A model generated the notes under the pieces. That model made no database searches. It saw only the letters and a program-made list of their open reading frames with translations, and had not been told where the DNA came from. DNA of 64,000 nt. Source: Catajapyx aquilonaris. Lineage: Eukaryota. The stretch is from NCBI GenBank assembly GCA_000934665.2, contig KZ538422.1, forward strand, positions 1-64,000. Reading direction: 5' to 3'. The position numbers and the translations under genes were made by a program. Below are positions 1 to 13,788 of this stretch, in pieces (positions within the stretch are counted from its first letter, which is position 1; each line of letters begins with the position of its first letter).

Positions 1-1241
1 GGGGTTCTCTTTGGGATATGGCAGAACAGAATTCATGGGATGGCAGAATTCAAAGTGGTTTCGGTGTTCGGATTAAGTTCACAATGTGGTAAAGCACCAC
101 GAGGTCTCCCTGCATTTGCAAATGGATGCAACTTGTTCAGCTCTACCTGCTTTTGCTCCTTCGTAGTGTCGAGCATCGTGGTCATGACCGACTCTCCGGC
201 AGCCGACTCTCCTTGCACACCAAACTCCATTACGTCGCCACCTATGCCTTACGCAGCTCTGTCACCGTCAGCGGGCCTCTGCCCAGGGTGTCCCAACTAA
301 TTCGACCGAAATGCAGTGGAGGACAGGCTGCCACAACAACGTATCATACGAGAAGACAAAAGCACCGGCGACGAACTACAGTCGTTTCTCCCTCAAACCA
401 GCGCCAGCGCATGCACTAATGGGCTCACGAGCGATGGGAATATCACATGTAGCGATACCACCACTCGACTGTATTCACATACTGTATCAATTTACTCCAT
501 GCTCCATGCTTTAACCCTCTTAGTTTTAATTTCCCATAGTAGATTAGTAGGCCCTACTGTCACTTGGACCATGAACCAATAGGCTACTTTACACCATCTT
601 TATGACTGGTGTCTACCTGGCTTACAATGCCAACATCAAATCAATGCAACATACTGTTCAAAAATAAATAGGCCTAATAATAATCGTAGAAGATGCCAAA
701 AATAACCAAAATGGCAAAATTTGGCCTCAAAAGTCTCCATGTGGGGGTGGATAAATTTTAGATTTCTTCACATCGATAAATGAAGCTCATCAGGTTAGCA
801 TTAGTGCAAAGAGGTGCAAAGGATACAGGTAGTAAGTTATTGACTATCTCTTCCTCTACCACTGTACTTGCCTCTTCTTACCCAGGATGGCCACCCCCAC
901 ATCATGCTTTCATGTGCACCTCTCTTCCCTGCCTACCCACTCATAGACTTCCCTCGCCCCGTAACCTGGGTAGAGGAGACATCCACAGAAATAAGGACAT
1001 GTGTCTCTTGTAAACACGTTACAATAACGACTATTAGATTCTCCCAATGGGGTCAAATAATTTTTTTTCAATAACGACTATTAGATCAGGCCACTCCATG
1101 CAATGAAAATTCCTTTCTGGTTTAATGTTGAAAGTATAATGGGTACATCTGACTAATAATAATAAATGCCAGAATCCGTCAGCTCTTGCATTGTGAATTC
1201 TAATGCCAAGAGCTCTTGGTAATGCTGATAGAAGCCTCATT

Positions 1242-1666
1242 TCATTCCTTCTTTGGGTCCTCGGAAGCCTTCTTGCCCAGCCTCCTCATTGCTCCCGGTG
1301 CTGACGCTGACGTCTTCATCTTCAGCTTGTTTACCGGTATATCTGGAAAGGACTAAACTTAAAAAGTATATTTTGCTGTAAAAGCATAAACTTACTTGCT
1401 AGAAACTTGATCATTGCATCCTTGAATTCGTCCAGCTGCATTAGGCTCATTGCCTGGATGACATCCTCACTTGAGACAATATTACGAGAATCGCCGATTA
1501 CAAGTGACCCGGCATTAGAAGTGGCACACAGAATCAAAAAGGTAGCTGCTCTAGTAACTGAATCTACAGCAGCTTCGGACACAGTTACTCCATCAGGGAG
1601 GGTGGCACTGACCAGTTGATTAATTGCCTGGGCTGATGCGAAGAGACCTTGGAAATTGCCTTCCAT
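1242..1666 (-). CDS. Divergent POLE3/CHRAC17/DPB4-like histone-fold protein, 2 coding exons (1666-1396, 1342-1242), ~123 aa
   Basis: MEGNFQGLFASAQAINQLVSATLPDGVTVSEAAVDSVTRAATFLILCATSNAG...EDVIQAMSLMQLDEF aligns without gaps to POLE3 as recalled (LPDGV, RAA, ATS, DV, AM, F at the same positions). 53-nt intron GTAAGT(1395)...TTCCAG(1343). A CTAACAG acceptor sits just before the ATG. Confidence 0.75.
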
Positions 1667-1913
1667 TGCCTGTTAGAGTCATGGAATATTGCATGAGTCA
1701 ATGATGATTTTATCTCCACCATATGGACCTACAGTAGGCCTACATATTAGCATATACCACAATCACAGGCTAATAATTTAAAATTGACATGGTTCTGTTT
1801 TGGTAAAAGAAAAAAACTACTCGCATACTCAGAATATGTTACCGGTACGCAAGATTATCTCATTTGGTTACTGAAAATACTACAGGTGTAAGGCGGTGTA
1901 AGGCCGTATATAT

Positions 1914-2286
1914 GAATTAATCTGCCAAAATGATACGGGTGGTAGAGGGTGCGCATGGAAGAGGCATGGCATGGGTCCGAAGGGCTGGCGACAATCTGTT
2001 TTGGATATGCCGACCTTTGACATCTACCGTACGAAGTCTATCCTTACAAGTGTGGATACCCCCGGGCATGCATGTATTGTTGGTTGCCGAGGCCAGGGAC
2101 TTTCTCAAATCTCAACAGGCCTGGCCCGGCAACCAGCAATGCGGGCATGCACGGGGGTATCCACACTATTGTAAGGATAGACTTCGTAGATGTCAAAGGT
2201 CCTTGGCGGACTTTTATTTCAGATACATGCTATCCCATAAACCCCTATTAACCACCAGTATAATTTTGGCAGATGAATTCACACTC
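1914..2286. mobile_element. Fold-back MITE (outer and inner inverted repeats); right end ...CTC, possibly Sola-like
   Basis: GAATTAATCTGCCAAAATGATAC pairs with GTATAATTTTGGCAGATGAATTC. Inner arms run GACCTTTGACATCTAC...GGCCAGG / CCTGGCC...GTAGATGTCAAAGGTC. No clear TSD. Confidence 0.65.
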
Positions 2287-4628
2287 TGCATAGCTAGCCA
2301 TTGTTTTAGAAATAATGTCATGTTCCATATTACCAAGTTTCATAGTAAGTTACCTCATCCTTTCCAATAATAATCATTATCATCTAGCAAAATTTTATTG
2401 AACGCTGTGTTACATTACGTCCTTCAATAATAATTATGTACTATATCTTTTTTATTGTAGGGAGTTCCCCTAACTGCCTAACTAAACGGACCTGCGGTTA
2501 CTTGGAAGAGTTGGAATAGGTACCTTGTATAGGCCTACCTTACATGATAAAAGAGGTGGTATAATATTGCGTTGACTAACATGTTTCACGGGCTACAATA
2601 CTATTTTCCGAAATTGGGAAAGTGAACTGAAGATATTGGAAAAAATGAATTCAATAATATTTATTCTTACTACTGTAATAAAGAAAATTACTTCTGATAA
2701 TGAGGTGATTATGATGGTACGTCAATGAAGGGAGCGTATTATCAGAAGTAAACCTGCACGATTTGTGGCCCGCGCAACATAAATTGATACACTCAAAATA
2801 AAGATAACAGGGCTGTCATACTGTAGCCTACACTTCCCCTCCCCCTCCTCGAGTACCGGTAGCCCTACTTATCTAGCGCATACACGACGAACATGATCAG
2901 AAATCGGAAAATTTTGCCATGTGGATATACTTTTCTGACAATTGACATATTATTGAAAATCACATAGTTTTCCGAATGTATGTAGACCCTACTCATAGAG
3001 GTTAGGTTAGAGGTAGAATCGTGACTACTTCATTAAACAAAAAGACATTTAATCGCTTAACCATGCGTAGTACAATTTCGGAATGTCCCTGGCAAATCAG
3101 CATCGGAATTACTCGGAAAACCCTGAAATCCGACTCATCTGACTCATTCCAGCTAGGTCGACGATAAGGTTTCCCCCTAAATGCCTGATATGGAACCTGG
3201 GCACCACGCCGCGCCGGTGGAATTGAGACTGGCTAGGATTAGTAGGATAATGGCCATCATCATAATCATCATCATCACTATTATTGTTGTTGTTGTTGTT
3301 AGTTGTTGTTCAACTTGAAAATATGACCCGAAAGATAATGGCATGTGCGAAGCAGCGTCCGTCGAAAGATGGTAAGAACTAAGAAGAATGCACACATTAA
3401 GTAGAACTAACACATTCTGCAGATAAATATTATGGCAACGAGAAAAGAACTTAAATCCACTTGTATTTTCCACTAGTAAAATGGCCACACCCTACTTACA
3501 GCCTACTTCATTGCTACTCACGGATCTGATCACTGAACAGCAACTGATGCCTACCAATGGAACCCTGTATGACAATGACACCTTAATTACGATGCGTATT
3601 ATATTCACTTACAAGTTACAACAGTATATGTTGTCCCAATGCTCTGTGCAGAAATAGACGATCTCAGCCTTTGCGTCCCGACCAGCTACACAACATCCTC
3701 CAAGAGCAATAGCTTCATATGCGAATAAGCAGGTGTTTTCCGCCAGAGGCCCTCACATGACTGCATGGATATAAAGTCATATGACACAGGGTGATGAACC
3801 TTCGGACACTCGATTTTTATAGTTCAAAATTAATGGCTTGTGATAACGCCAAGTGCTGGACTAAACTTCTGGCCATTAAGTGGCGAACGAACGAATGTTC
3901 TCAGGTTACAAGAAAATATTTTCTTCCTGGGATGTGAGTGTCTAGCCTTTATTGCTGTATGTATTGTCTGGTAGTCTGGTATGTGCCGGTCCCAATAGAA
4001 TTATACAGCATTATTTATGTTATCAATCCGCAGGCGTGAGAGAGCAGTGGTTTGCAGGAAGTTTTTCATAATAATAATATATTGTTACTTATGTATGCAA
4101 GCGAGATCTTTTTATGTTGAGATTAGTTTGGAAACATGAGAAATCTTCATTTTACCCGTGCGGTTTCCACTATACTGTACTTAAGTTTCACTCTGCTGAC
4201 ACAGGCAAGGGGGAGGGGTTACCAGTGACACATTCACATGTGATTCATGCTTCTCATATTTCTGGAGCAAAACAATATGTATTCATAGCTTCTCTCCCAC
4301 CTACATTGTTATTAGTGTGTGAACTTGGGCATTACATCACCCTGTCCGGTTTTTTAAATGTATAATTTTCAACATTTTCTGGCGATTTAATACGTAAGAA
4401 GTTATTTGCGATGGTTTTTTGCACATTTGGCTGCTCATACACATGCCTAGCGTGTAATTAGTAACAAACTCTGCACTTACTGATTGCAAAATGAAAAGGG
4501 ACGGACTTAATTTTGCGTTATTCAAAATCAGTAATAATAATGGATTATCCCATGATAAGTATGTGGCCTTTCAAGGCACCCTCTTTTATACGTACATCCC
4601 ACTTTATTAATTAACTGCTTTTCTAATG

Positions 4629-4798
4629 TATTTTGATAGTGGGGGAAATGGAATAATCCAGAGAAAACCCATGCAAATACAGAGAGAACCCATCGAACTT
4701 TTTTCTCCAGGAGAAACTCTGCTCTCTGATTCGGGGATTGAACTTGGGACTCCGAGGGGGATAAGGCTGTGGCGCTAACTATCACACCACGGTGCCGC
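4629..4798 (-). mobile_element. tRNA-derived SINE family A (V-domain-like core), partial copy
   Basis: Similar to 30542-30848, 18810-18985 and 41765-41965. The minus-strand head GGCGGCACCGTGG...GTTCAATCCC carries A/B-box-like motifs. Confidence 0.7.
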
Positions 4799-6485
4799 CT
4801 TGTGTCATGACAGAATGCGTCAACACAAATTCCGTCTAAGTTGGCATCAAGACACAATGATGTATTTCAGGATGCCAGAGAAGATGGATAATTAGTATAA
4901 AGCATTAATAATGACATTCCTCTCCGTATCATTTTCTGGAACGATTGAGGAATTATTCCGAGAATTATTCACTTCGCATACTCCTGTCTGCAGCACATAC
5001 CCAGAATACTTCTTACAAGGCCAGTACTTGGGTAAAGCAAATAATATCGTTGTACCGTACTACTTTATTTGGACTACCACTGAACTACCCTCGGACCCTG
5101 AAGATGGTTGCCAGTAAATGACTTTAAACGGAAATAATCGTCACCTACTCTATAGTACAGGACGAGGCTATAGCCTACTTATGTGTTCATGTGTACCAAC
5201 AGATACCGGTATTTCTGCACTGGTTAGCGATTTTTTCGGCACTAAGTTGCTTAATAAATTATTATTAATAAAAATAAAGTAATTAATCATTCACTTTGGA
5301 ACATTTTCTTCTAGACTGCTTTTAGTTTCTTCAAGTTTCTTCTAGAGCTGCTGGTAGAGGAAGTGGACCAAAGTCGGGTTCCACCCTATGTGTTGGGCCC
5401 TTGACTTGTTTTGTCAAGGAAGTGATGTAGAGATTGTAAACTATTGAGGTGACTGGTGAGTGAGATAGTTAATTCAGAAAGCCTGATGTTTTTTGAAGTA
5501 GTGGAATCGCCATTGCTTAGTTAGCATTGTGCAGTAGTGAGAGTGTGTTGATTCGTTCTATTATCGTGACTTGTGAAATTGTTTTCACGTTTCTTCTCTT
5601 TGGCATAGCTTGACTTCGAAATATTGGTCCGAGTTCGTGCTGTCACACTACTGCTTTCCTCATGTCATGCTCCGAGAAGTACAGTAATATACTACGGTAC
5701 TCTCCACTGGTAGCTTACAGGTCATGTAACCAACGAGGTTACATAATTATGGCATGATAGGCGTATAAGTAATAGCTGATCACGTGTCAGTGCCTTCAAT
5801 TTATACAGCATACAGAAATATGGAAAAATGAACCCTTCCATCAATCTGATTTTTTAAAATAGTTGTACCCCGTTATCTGGGGTGGCCACATATGAGGCAG
5901 AGGCACTTGCAGCACGTCATGTGTACACTGCAACTTACCACCCCAATGACGACGACGAGAAGGAAGAGGGAGAGGAGGCGGAGGGGAAGGAGGCGGAGGG
6001 GGAAGTAGAGCAAGAAGTGGGCAATGCCGAAGCTGCCACAACAGCAGGTCCACAATCCCATCCCCGACGACCTGTTGCATACTGTTGGACAGTTGCATAC
6101 GGTTCGAATACGTTCCGGTTTGAATTCGCGGGCAGAGCCAGGCACCTCCTCCATTTCCCATTCCTGCCGCCAGGCGGCGAGGGTGTCGTGTACAGTAGCA
6201 TACGGTTGCAACCGTATCGCCAAAATACGCATAATTAACCGGTTCCCCTGGGCTCATCGTTCATCGGAAAAAATAATTATTGGTGTCGTTGGAATCGTAT
6301 TTTTTTGCCCGATATTTGGGGGCCAACTTGCATTTTGAGTGGAGTGTCCCTTTAACACAGTACAGTGGTGATATGGCTTATCCAGCTTTATGGTATGAAA
6401 TGCATAACATCCTATTCTCTTTCCATCAAAAAGGTGCATTGAAGCAGTTATTATAATAGAGTGAAACCGTACCTGTCTGTAAAGG

Positions 6486-6844
6486 GGAGGGTGTAGATGG
6501 CCCATGGCCGAGATGCGGTAACGTGTCTCGACTTGCTGAGTGAAAGGCCCCAGGTTCGATCCCCACCTGGGAAACTTCCTTTCACCTGCGCCAGGAGGGT
6601 CTCTGACCTGCACCTAGGAGGTGTCTGGCAACCTAACCTCCTGGGGAAGAGCACATGACCCAATTTGAGACAATGCACTTGCACCTATGTTCCCGCCCCA
6701 AAAATCCCTACCCCTGCCCTACATCCTTGACTCCTTGCACCGGAGATTGAAGTTTACAAATCCAGAAAAATGGCGTGAGATGGTGGTATTCCACCCCCCT
6801 GAAAAGGCCTAGACGCCCTGACGGGGTAAACAGCTTAAAAAAAG
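6486..6844 (+). mobile_element. tRNA-derived SINE family B, near full length
   Basis: Head TGGCCGAGATGCGGTAA...CTTGCTGA...GGTTCGATCCC. Similar along its length to 44720-45089. Flanked by GTCTGTAA(A/C)GG direct repeats and has an A-rich tail. Confidence 0.8.
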
Positions 6845-8006
6845 TCTGTAACGGACCCTTAATATAGAGAAAACTTGTGTGCTGCTGAATTTCGGTCCTA
6901 GCAGTCCCGGAGAGAAGAGATCCGGTGTACTCTTTGTCCGTCCTGTATATCAGTAGGCTTCCTGTGTAACACGGAAACGGACAGCAATTTTTGGTAAGCA
7001 AGTACTGTAAGTTACTTGTGGGTTAATAACTTACCTTAACGGAATTTGTACTGCTGCATCACATATTCGCCCAACAGAAAACTACATGACCACTTACCAT
7101 GCAAGCAGGTGCGACGTGTCACTTACCATTTTTGAGAGCCAAAGAATGATGACGGAATAAAAATGATGAAGAGGCACTGGTGATTAAAAATTGATGACAA
7201 TAAGTGACATTGTGTCGGGAGATGGATCAGAAAGGTCAAAAGACAACAATAATGCCAGAGATAATTCAATAGTAGCTTGCATGTTTACATATTATGCGAA
7301 TTTTTAAAAGGGTTTTGCAAGAACAGACATGTACTGTATTGCTTCCTTTTTATTGGTCACAAAACATATACACAATGAACGAGTAAGGGACACCATGATT
7401 AGTATGTTGTCCTAACACATTCCAAACATAGAAACCCAGTTACAAACACAGGCTAAATCTACTATATCATGAATTTTTAGAGAAGCTCTGGGGAATTGAG
7501 GCCTGCTTCATCCTATTGAATGAACGGATGTTTCAATCTGAAAACTGTTCATCAAAAGCTGAGGCGTGTCCAAATATTTTATAGTTATAATTTAATAGGA
7601 TGCTAAGAAAACGCGACATTAATCCCTAATGACACTGAGGAATCAGTACAGTCAGCCCAGAGCTTCCAGACAGATATTATAATCCAAGTGCTTCTTAAAC
7701 TGGTGAATGGTTCACCCAACGGTGAATGAAATAGGCCATATTATTTGGTGAAGAAAACTAGGCGGTGAATGGTTTACTATACTAACAGTAAGATATTTTA
7801 TTATTCTGAGATGGCAGTAGAACTGGAAATATTGGTTTTTCTACTATGATGATTTTCTTATTTCAAAGTTGCAGGATATTTCCTATACAGTATACAAGCA
7901 GTCTGTATGATAACTTTTTAGAGAAGACCAAACGACATTTCAACACTGGAGAATCGCCGTATATAGGAAACTGTGTAACTGTGACTTTGCATCATGTTGC
8001 AAATGT

Positions 8007-8115
<109 letters not shown>

Positions 8116-9133
8116 TTTTGCTAGAACTAGAATTCTACACATACTAAGCTATATTTACTGTATTTCAATCTAACAACGTTTATTGGCATAAAACAACATG
8201 CACTGTCGACACATTGTACACATTAAAGTTTTAGGCAATATGTTAGATTGTGCCATTTTCTTGTTGTGATATACTACATTTTCTACTCTAAAAACTCCAT
8301 TATTTTCTGAGTTTGATTTGGAAACTCTGTTTACACGATCACTGCTGCAGGTAATGACCAGGGTAGTGTGGAAACAGCACGTGGGTCATTGTGTCAAACA
8401 ACGTGGTTCAAACAATAAGGTATATACCAAACAATAAGCATATACAGTCTGTCAGTTATTATGGCTGCAAAATCCGTATACGTTACAATATTTTTTTAAA
8501 TGTCCAAACATTGGTGTAGTTCCTAATTGATTGATGTCTAATTTAAGCTAAATGCGAGTCTATCAGGTCCGAACGTAGGGCGGGAAGTGGGGGAAGGCGT
8601 CATGGCAATGGGACGGGATTGTTGGAGAGGGGGCAACAAATGCCTTCTATTGCTGTGCTAACAATCGGTAGGCTCACTTCGACACCTAGAGCTGCAGAGC
8701 CATCTGCTTTACCGTATTTTTGCTACTGCGCCTGACTGCGCCCCCTTAACAATACGGCCTCCACCATCGCAGGCCGCAGGCGTATACAAACAAGCGAGCG
8801 AAGCGAGCGGCTTTGTAGGCCTGCACCCTAGAAAAATTAGGGTTTTTCTTATTCCCTTAAAATCTCTTCAACCCTTAGTAATGATGACAAGAGCGTTTAT
8901 GTTTAAGAAATGCTTTTCGACTTTAGTAGAACAGGAAAAAACTAAATTCACTTCAATTTGTTGATTTGGTAATGTGGCTTGGTTGAAGAAGGGAATAATT
9001 GAACCTCGGTTTGAGACATTTGTCACAGAAGGGCAGGAACATAGCCACTGACAATTTCCGTACATACATAGAAGTCTGCTTGTAATTTTTGCAGTAAACA
9101 TACAGTACACGTGTACATCATAAGGAAGCATTT

Positions 9134-9548
9134 GAAGGGTTTGGTGCAAAAACAGGATAAGTCCACTTTTTGTCCGAACATGAGTAATGGGTGTTTCTGC
9201 CATCTTGGGACCATTCTGCATATTTTGGTTCAAAAATCAGACCTGTCACGCCCTCCACTTAGAAATTGTAGCCTCTAGAGACCTAATGTCCTCATATGAG
9301 GACTTTAAAAAAAGGAAGTGTTTTTTTCTCCAAATGGGCTGTAACTTTTTTTTAAAGTTCCTGTATACCTATACTATACCTCCACAAGGAAGTGTGCTTT
9401 GTACTACAGTTCACTACAGACTTTGGTATCCCCCTATTAAACAAAAAATATCATTAGAAACATCATTAAAATTAGCAGGTAATTAGTTTTTCTTTGTTTT
9501 CTCGAAAGTAACAAAGTTGACTTATCTGGTTTTTGCACCAAGCCCTTC
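9134..9548. mobile_element. Non-autonomous Sola1-like MITE
   Basis: TIR GAAGGGTTTGGTGCAAAAACAGGATAAGTCCACTTT / AAAGTTGACTTATCTGGTTTTTGCACCAAGCCCTTC. 4-bp TSD ATTT (9130-9133, 9549-9552) fits the AWWT Sola1 target. Confidence 0.75.
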
Positions 9549-10180
9549 ATTTTTTTTAGAACTTATCTAATATTATAAGTTCTACGGCTGTTGTTTATTA
9601 ACTTTAGGCTACTTCATATACAACAATTAACAATGTTACGGTATCAGTATTAATTTTCCGTCACTCCTAGTTTTCTTCGCCCATTTTAGGCTGTTCAAAA
9701 ACTTAAATGAAGTAAACAACAAATGAGTTAATTTATGTTTTTCACTCCTATGACAAAATGAATTAAGTTATATATAAAATGATACACAGAAGAGAAAAAG
9801 GTTAAAATGATTTTAAAAAACACAAGGATTTAGTCGCGGTTGAATTAAATTTTGCGAAAGAGACTCGAGGGTGAATGATACTTAAACTGTTTAAGAAGCA
9901 CTGTACTAATCTACCACCATGATATATTGCCTCCTTTTACAGAGAGAGTATAATTATGTTAATATTCATGACCCCAGATTTTCTTACTTCAGCTCTTTGT
10001 GTATGATGTGATTAGCCTAACTTCGGGTAGTTATGTTAGCTCCACAATAAGAATGAGATTTCATTTCTTACGCATATGTTACATGAAATTCGCAAATACA
10101 CCTTATTCTCAAGGTGGCTTCATGATTGCGACAATCAGACTTTTTTTGTTTGTTCTGCATTCCATGCCCGAAAGGAGACA

Positions 10181-11820
10181 CACTGAAAACCTGGAGTGCA
10201 TTAAAATATGCACGAAGTGAATATGTGGAGCAGAATATGCATCTATCGCATGAAATTATGCACGAAACGTCAATGGTTTGCATTATTTTATTCACTTTTG
10301 AAAACTGCATAAATTTATGCAGCGACAATGTTCACTAAGTAAGTAATTAAATGCACTATATGAATAATGTTATTCATATAGTGCATATTCACGTTATTTT
10401 TATTCATTTCACGCAGTTTATGCAGTAAGTGAATGGAACATAAGCAGTGCGTTATTTTATTCACTTACTGCATAAACTGCATAAAATGCAGTAAGTGAAT
10501 GAAATAATTGATCCTTTTTTCCATTCACTTACTGCATTTACGCATTTTATGCAGGAAGTGAATAAATTAAATGTTTGATTAAGGATGACGTCATGCGTGT
10601 GACATCATGATGAAGGTCAGGTCTATCGGGTTTGCGGTGATCGGGAGGCAACTTATACTGACAAGACTGAAGCAGCCTTCGTTTGGCAACGGAAGGCCGC
10701 GAGTGCAATGGACACATCAGCAACGTAAGTAGCCTAGATAACCAAGTAATAATGTATCCGTATTTGTTGACATTTACACTGCTGTCGTACTATATGTTTG
10801 ATCTGTTCCTCTATGCGACACTCCGTTTCTATTTGATTTCCCCCATTTGAGTGCATTTTTGGCGTTAGCACTAATTACTGTTCCACTTACAGCAAAAATG
10901 GTTTGTTTTGGAAATCGACTTACTTCACTCCAAAACACTTCTCCTCAAGGAGAAGATGAGGCATCAAACATAATAATTAACCACAAAGAGCGGATGAAAA
11001 AGGAAATGAAACACGTAAGTTTATGTACAGTAATTTGTGTAATCATTATCTTTAATATTTCTGAGTAATAATGTCATTAATTTCGCAGCAATTAATTTCA
11101 TGCATTTACTCGAACCCTTTTCTTCCAGACATAGCCGCATCCGTACCGGAGATTGTGGATATTGAACATAGGAAGGATGGTACAGTACATGTAGAATTGC
11201 ACACTTCTCATCCATCAATGTATACAACTGTCAGTATTAACTGTACGTAAGTGTATGCCGCGGCTGTGATTAATTTCATTTGTGGTTCATAATTTCAAGT
11301 CATATTATGCAGAAGGTTATTTGGATAATCCTTATAATGACATCATCAGAAATGCACAATTTTATGACGATCAAAGGAAAATATTATAAAAGGATGTTGT
11401 TATGAAAGGAATCAGCTGCAGCATATTTTAATACTGTGAATGTATTTACTCAATGTATGTCAATTAGTATTGCAAATAAATGATTATTGCCAAATGCATA
11501 CGTTTATTTATACAGGTGTGTATTGAACTACCAAAGAATTCACCCAATGCATATAGTCTATTAATGCACTTAAATGAATAAAGTGACTTTATTCACCTGT
11601 CCCAGTTTCAAGTTGGCAAGTGAATTAATATATTCACATTGACGCATAAGTTTATTTACTAAATGAATAGAGTGAAATTATTCACTTGCCCAATGTGGTG
11701 AATTTAAAAATGCACTCAATGCATATATTAATGCATTTGAAATGAATAAAGTGAAATTATTCACCTGTCCCAGTTTCAAGTTGGTAAGTGAATAAAATTA
11801 TGCACTCCAGGTTTTCAGTG
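10181..11820 (+). mobile_element. Non-autonomous EnSpm/CACTA (CMC)-type element, 1,640 bp
   Basis: TIR CACTGAAAACCTGGAGTGCAT / ATGCACTCCAGGTTTTCAGTG and 2-bp TSD CA. Dense subterminal AAGTGAATA/TATTCACTT/TGCAT repeats at both ends. Confidence 0.85.
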
Positions 11821-13705
11821 CAGAGTGAAGAGTCTCTCCTTACACTGTATTTGTGAAAATATTAAGTTTATAGAACTGTGCCTTGTACCCCATTGAATTA
11901 CATAATGCTGACTGCATAATTTTATGGCAGACTAATGATATAACTACTTCTCAGTCATGTATCTTGACATTGATTCCTTACTATGGAACTTTGGTAACAC
12001 TCTTCGGGCTCAGTCGCAAGATACTTTTGTGACACAAATATGAAACAGTTTCATTAAAAATACTCATAATCACACTCATCTGAAGCATGCTGGAAAGTGG
12101 GATGCACTATCAGGTGATGATAAGATTCCTGCATGTATAGGTAACGATCCACAACCAAAAACTGGATATTGTATATATACAATATCATTATAGACTGTCC
12201 CATATACCCCTAACTTTTGCCATCGCTCTTGTTTATAATCTACCATGAGCTCTTGAGTCTACCCGGAAAAATATATTATCATATGTGCTTAGAGTTAGAG
12301 ATATAGTTTTAAAATATATATTACACCTCGTGGTACTTCTTTGCCCACGAACTTCTCTGAGGACAGAATGATTGTATTGTCAATGCAAATTAAGGAGAAA
12401 ATCTCCAATTATGCATTATCTTTCGAATGCAAAATGGGAGATATAATCGGCACCGAGTCCCTCAAAATATTGTCCTTCGTCACTTGAGCTAGGGTTTTGG
12501 TTAGCAACACTGGCGTAATGAAGAAAGGGCAGCATCTTATGTAGGTGGAAGTTGGGTTGGAGATGGACGTGAGGAAGGGGGAAAGGTGGGAAGGAGCATG
12601 ATTATACAGTATTGTTCACAGTACTTTTTGCCAATATATTATGACGTCAGCACCATATCTAAGGCTAAATTTATTTATTCGATAGTATTTTGTAATAATT
12701 ACAGCCTCCATAATCAAACTGCGAGTATTTTGATGCTGAGTTGAATGATAGTTACCAGTTACTAAGAGGTGAATATGGCTTTATTTCAATCAATCAATCA
12801 ATTAATTAATAATAATTGCAAAGATTCTAATTACAAATTATACCTGTAGCCTAAAGAAGATAAATGTGCGACTAATTAACTAACAATGCTTATAACGTTA
12901 CTGCTTTAATGTTACAAATATTATTTTCTACAGGATAGATCACCGCACAATCGTTGATCTACAACCTATCAAATCCGATAAAATTTATAATTAAAAACCT
13001 CCCCCTTTAAAATAAGTTAAAAATTACTAACTTATTCTTTCATTAATTAAAATGACATTTTCACTTAATAACAATACAGATTTAATTCGGATTTCTAACG
13101 GCTTGTACCTTCCAGTTAGAATAAGGAGCCAAACTAAGGCTGCATTAAGTTTCTGAGTAGCAAACAGGGATTTTCATGGCACACAAGAGAGCTGAAGAAG
13201 AATGAACATATATTATTAAATGACATTGAGAACGTCTTCATAATCTTGATCATCCAGAGATGTCTACTTGGCACTGTCTCCCGGGATGTCAATAATTCTG
13301 TCCAATCAATATCCTAAAAGGCTTCCAGAGGAATGACTATGAACATCTCTGGATGATGGGCGATTTAAAAAATTGTATATTTCTTCAAATTCCATTTCCA
13401 AACTGAGTGCTTGGTACAAGGAATCATCATGTGGCCCAGGACCTAGCTCTTCCATCACATCCTGAAGGTTGATTTTGCCAGGGTTATCATCATAATCATA
13501 ATCATATAGAATCGAGTTGAGGGAGCCGTCCACCGCCAAATATTTTGGTGGAGGACCTTCATTCGCCATGGTCTAAAAAAGATTGTGCAGGCATTGCGCA
13601 TTTCAAAAACTGTGAAGCTGATCATATTTTAGATATTTAGAATAAATTATTAAACTTGATGTCCAAAATGAAAAAAAAAACATGACGTTGACAACAATGG
13701 GAATA

Positions 13706-13788
13706 GGGTGAAGTGGGGGAAGTGCACACCCGGGGTAAGTGCACATATTGTGCACTTACCCCGGGTGTGCACTTCCCCCACTTCACCC
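13706..13788. mobile_element. 83-bp perfect palindromic micro-MITE with TA TSD (pogo/Tc1-mariner type ends)
   Basis: TA-GGGTGAAGTGGGGGAAGTGCACACCCGGGGTAAGTGCACA-TAT-reverse complement-TA. Confidence 0.8.

Noticed and set aside
1..582. Overlapping ORFs in GC-richer sequence at the window start (IVVMTDS resembles an RNase H motif)
   Set aside because: Every frame is interrupted and no convincing family motif was found. It may be a retroelement remnant but I cannot support that.
5841..6338. Cluster of 88-138-aa ORFs on both strands
   Set aside because: They arise from a purine-rich GAG/GGA low-complexity tract, with no recognisable domain or gene structure.
12190..12250. Minus-strand MVDYKQERWQKLGVYGTVY, reminiscent of a CDK glycine loop
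   Set aside because: No downstream kinase motifs (VAIK, HRD, DFG) could be found, so it is likely chance.
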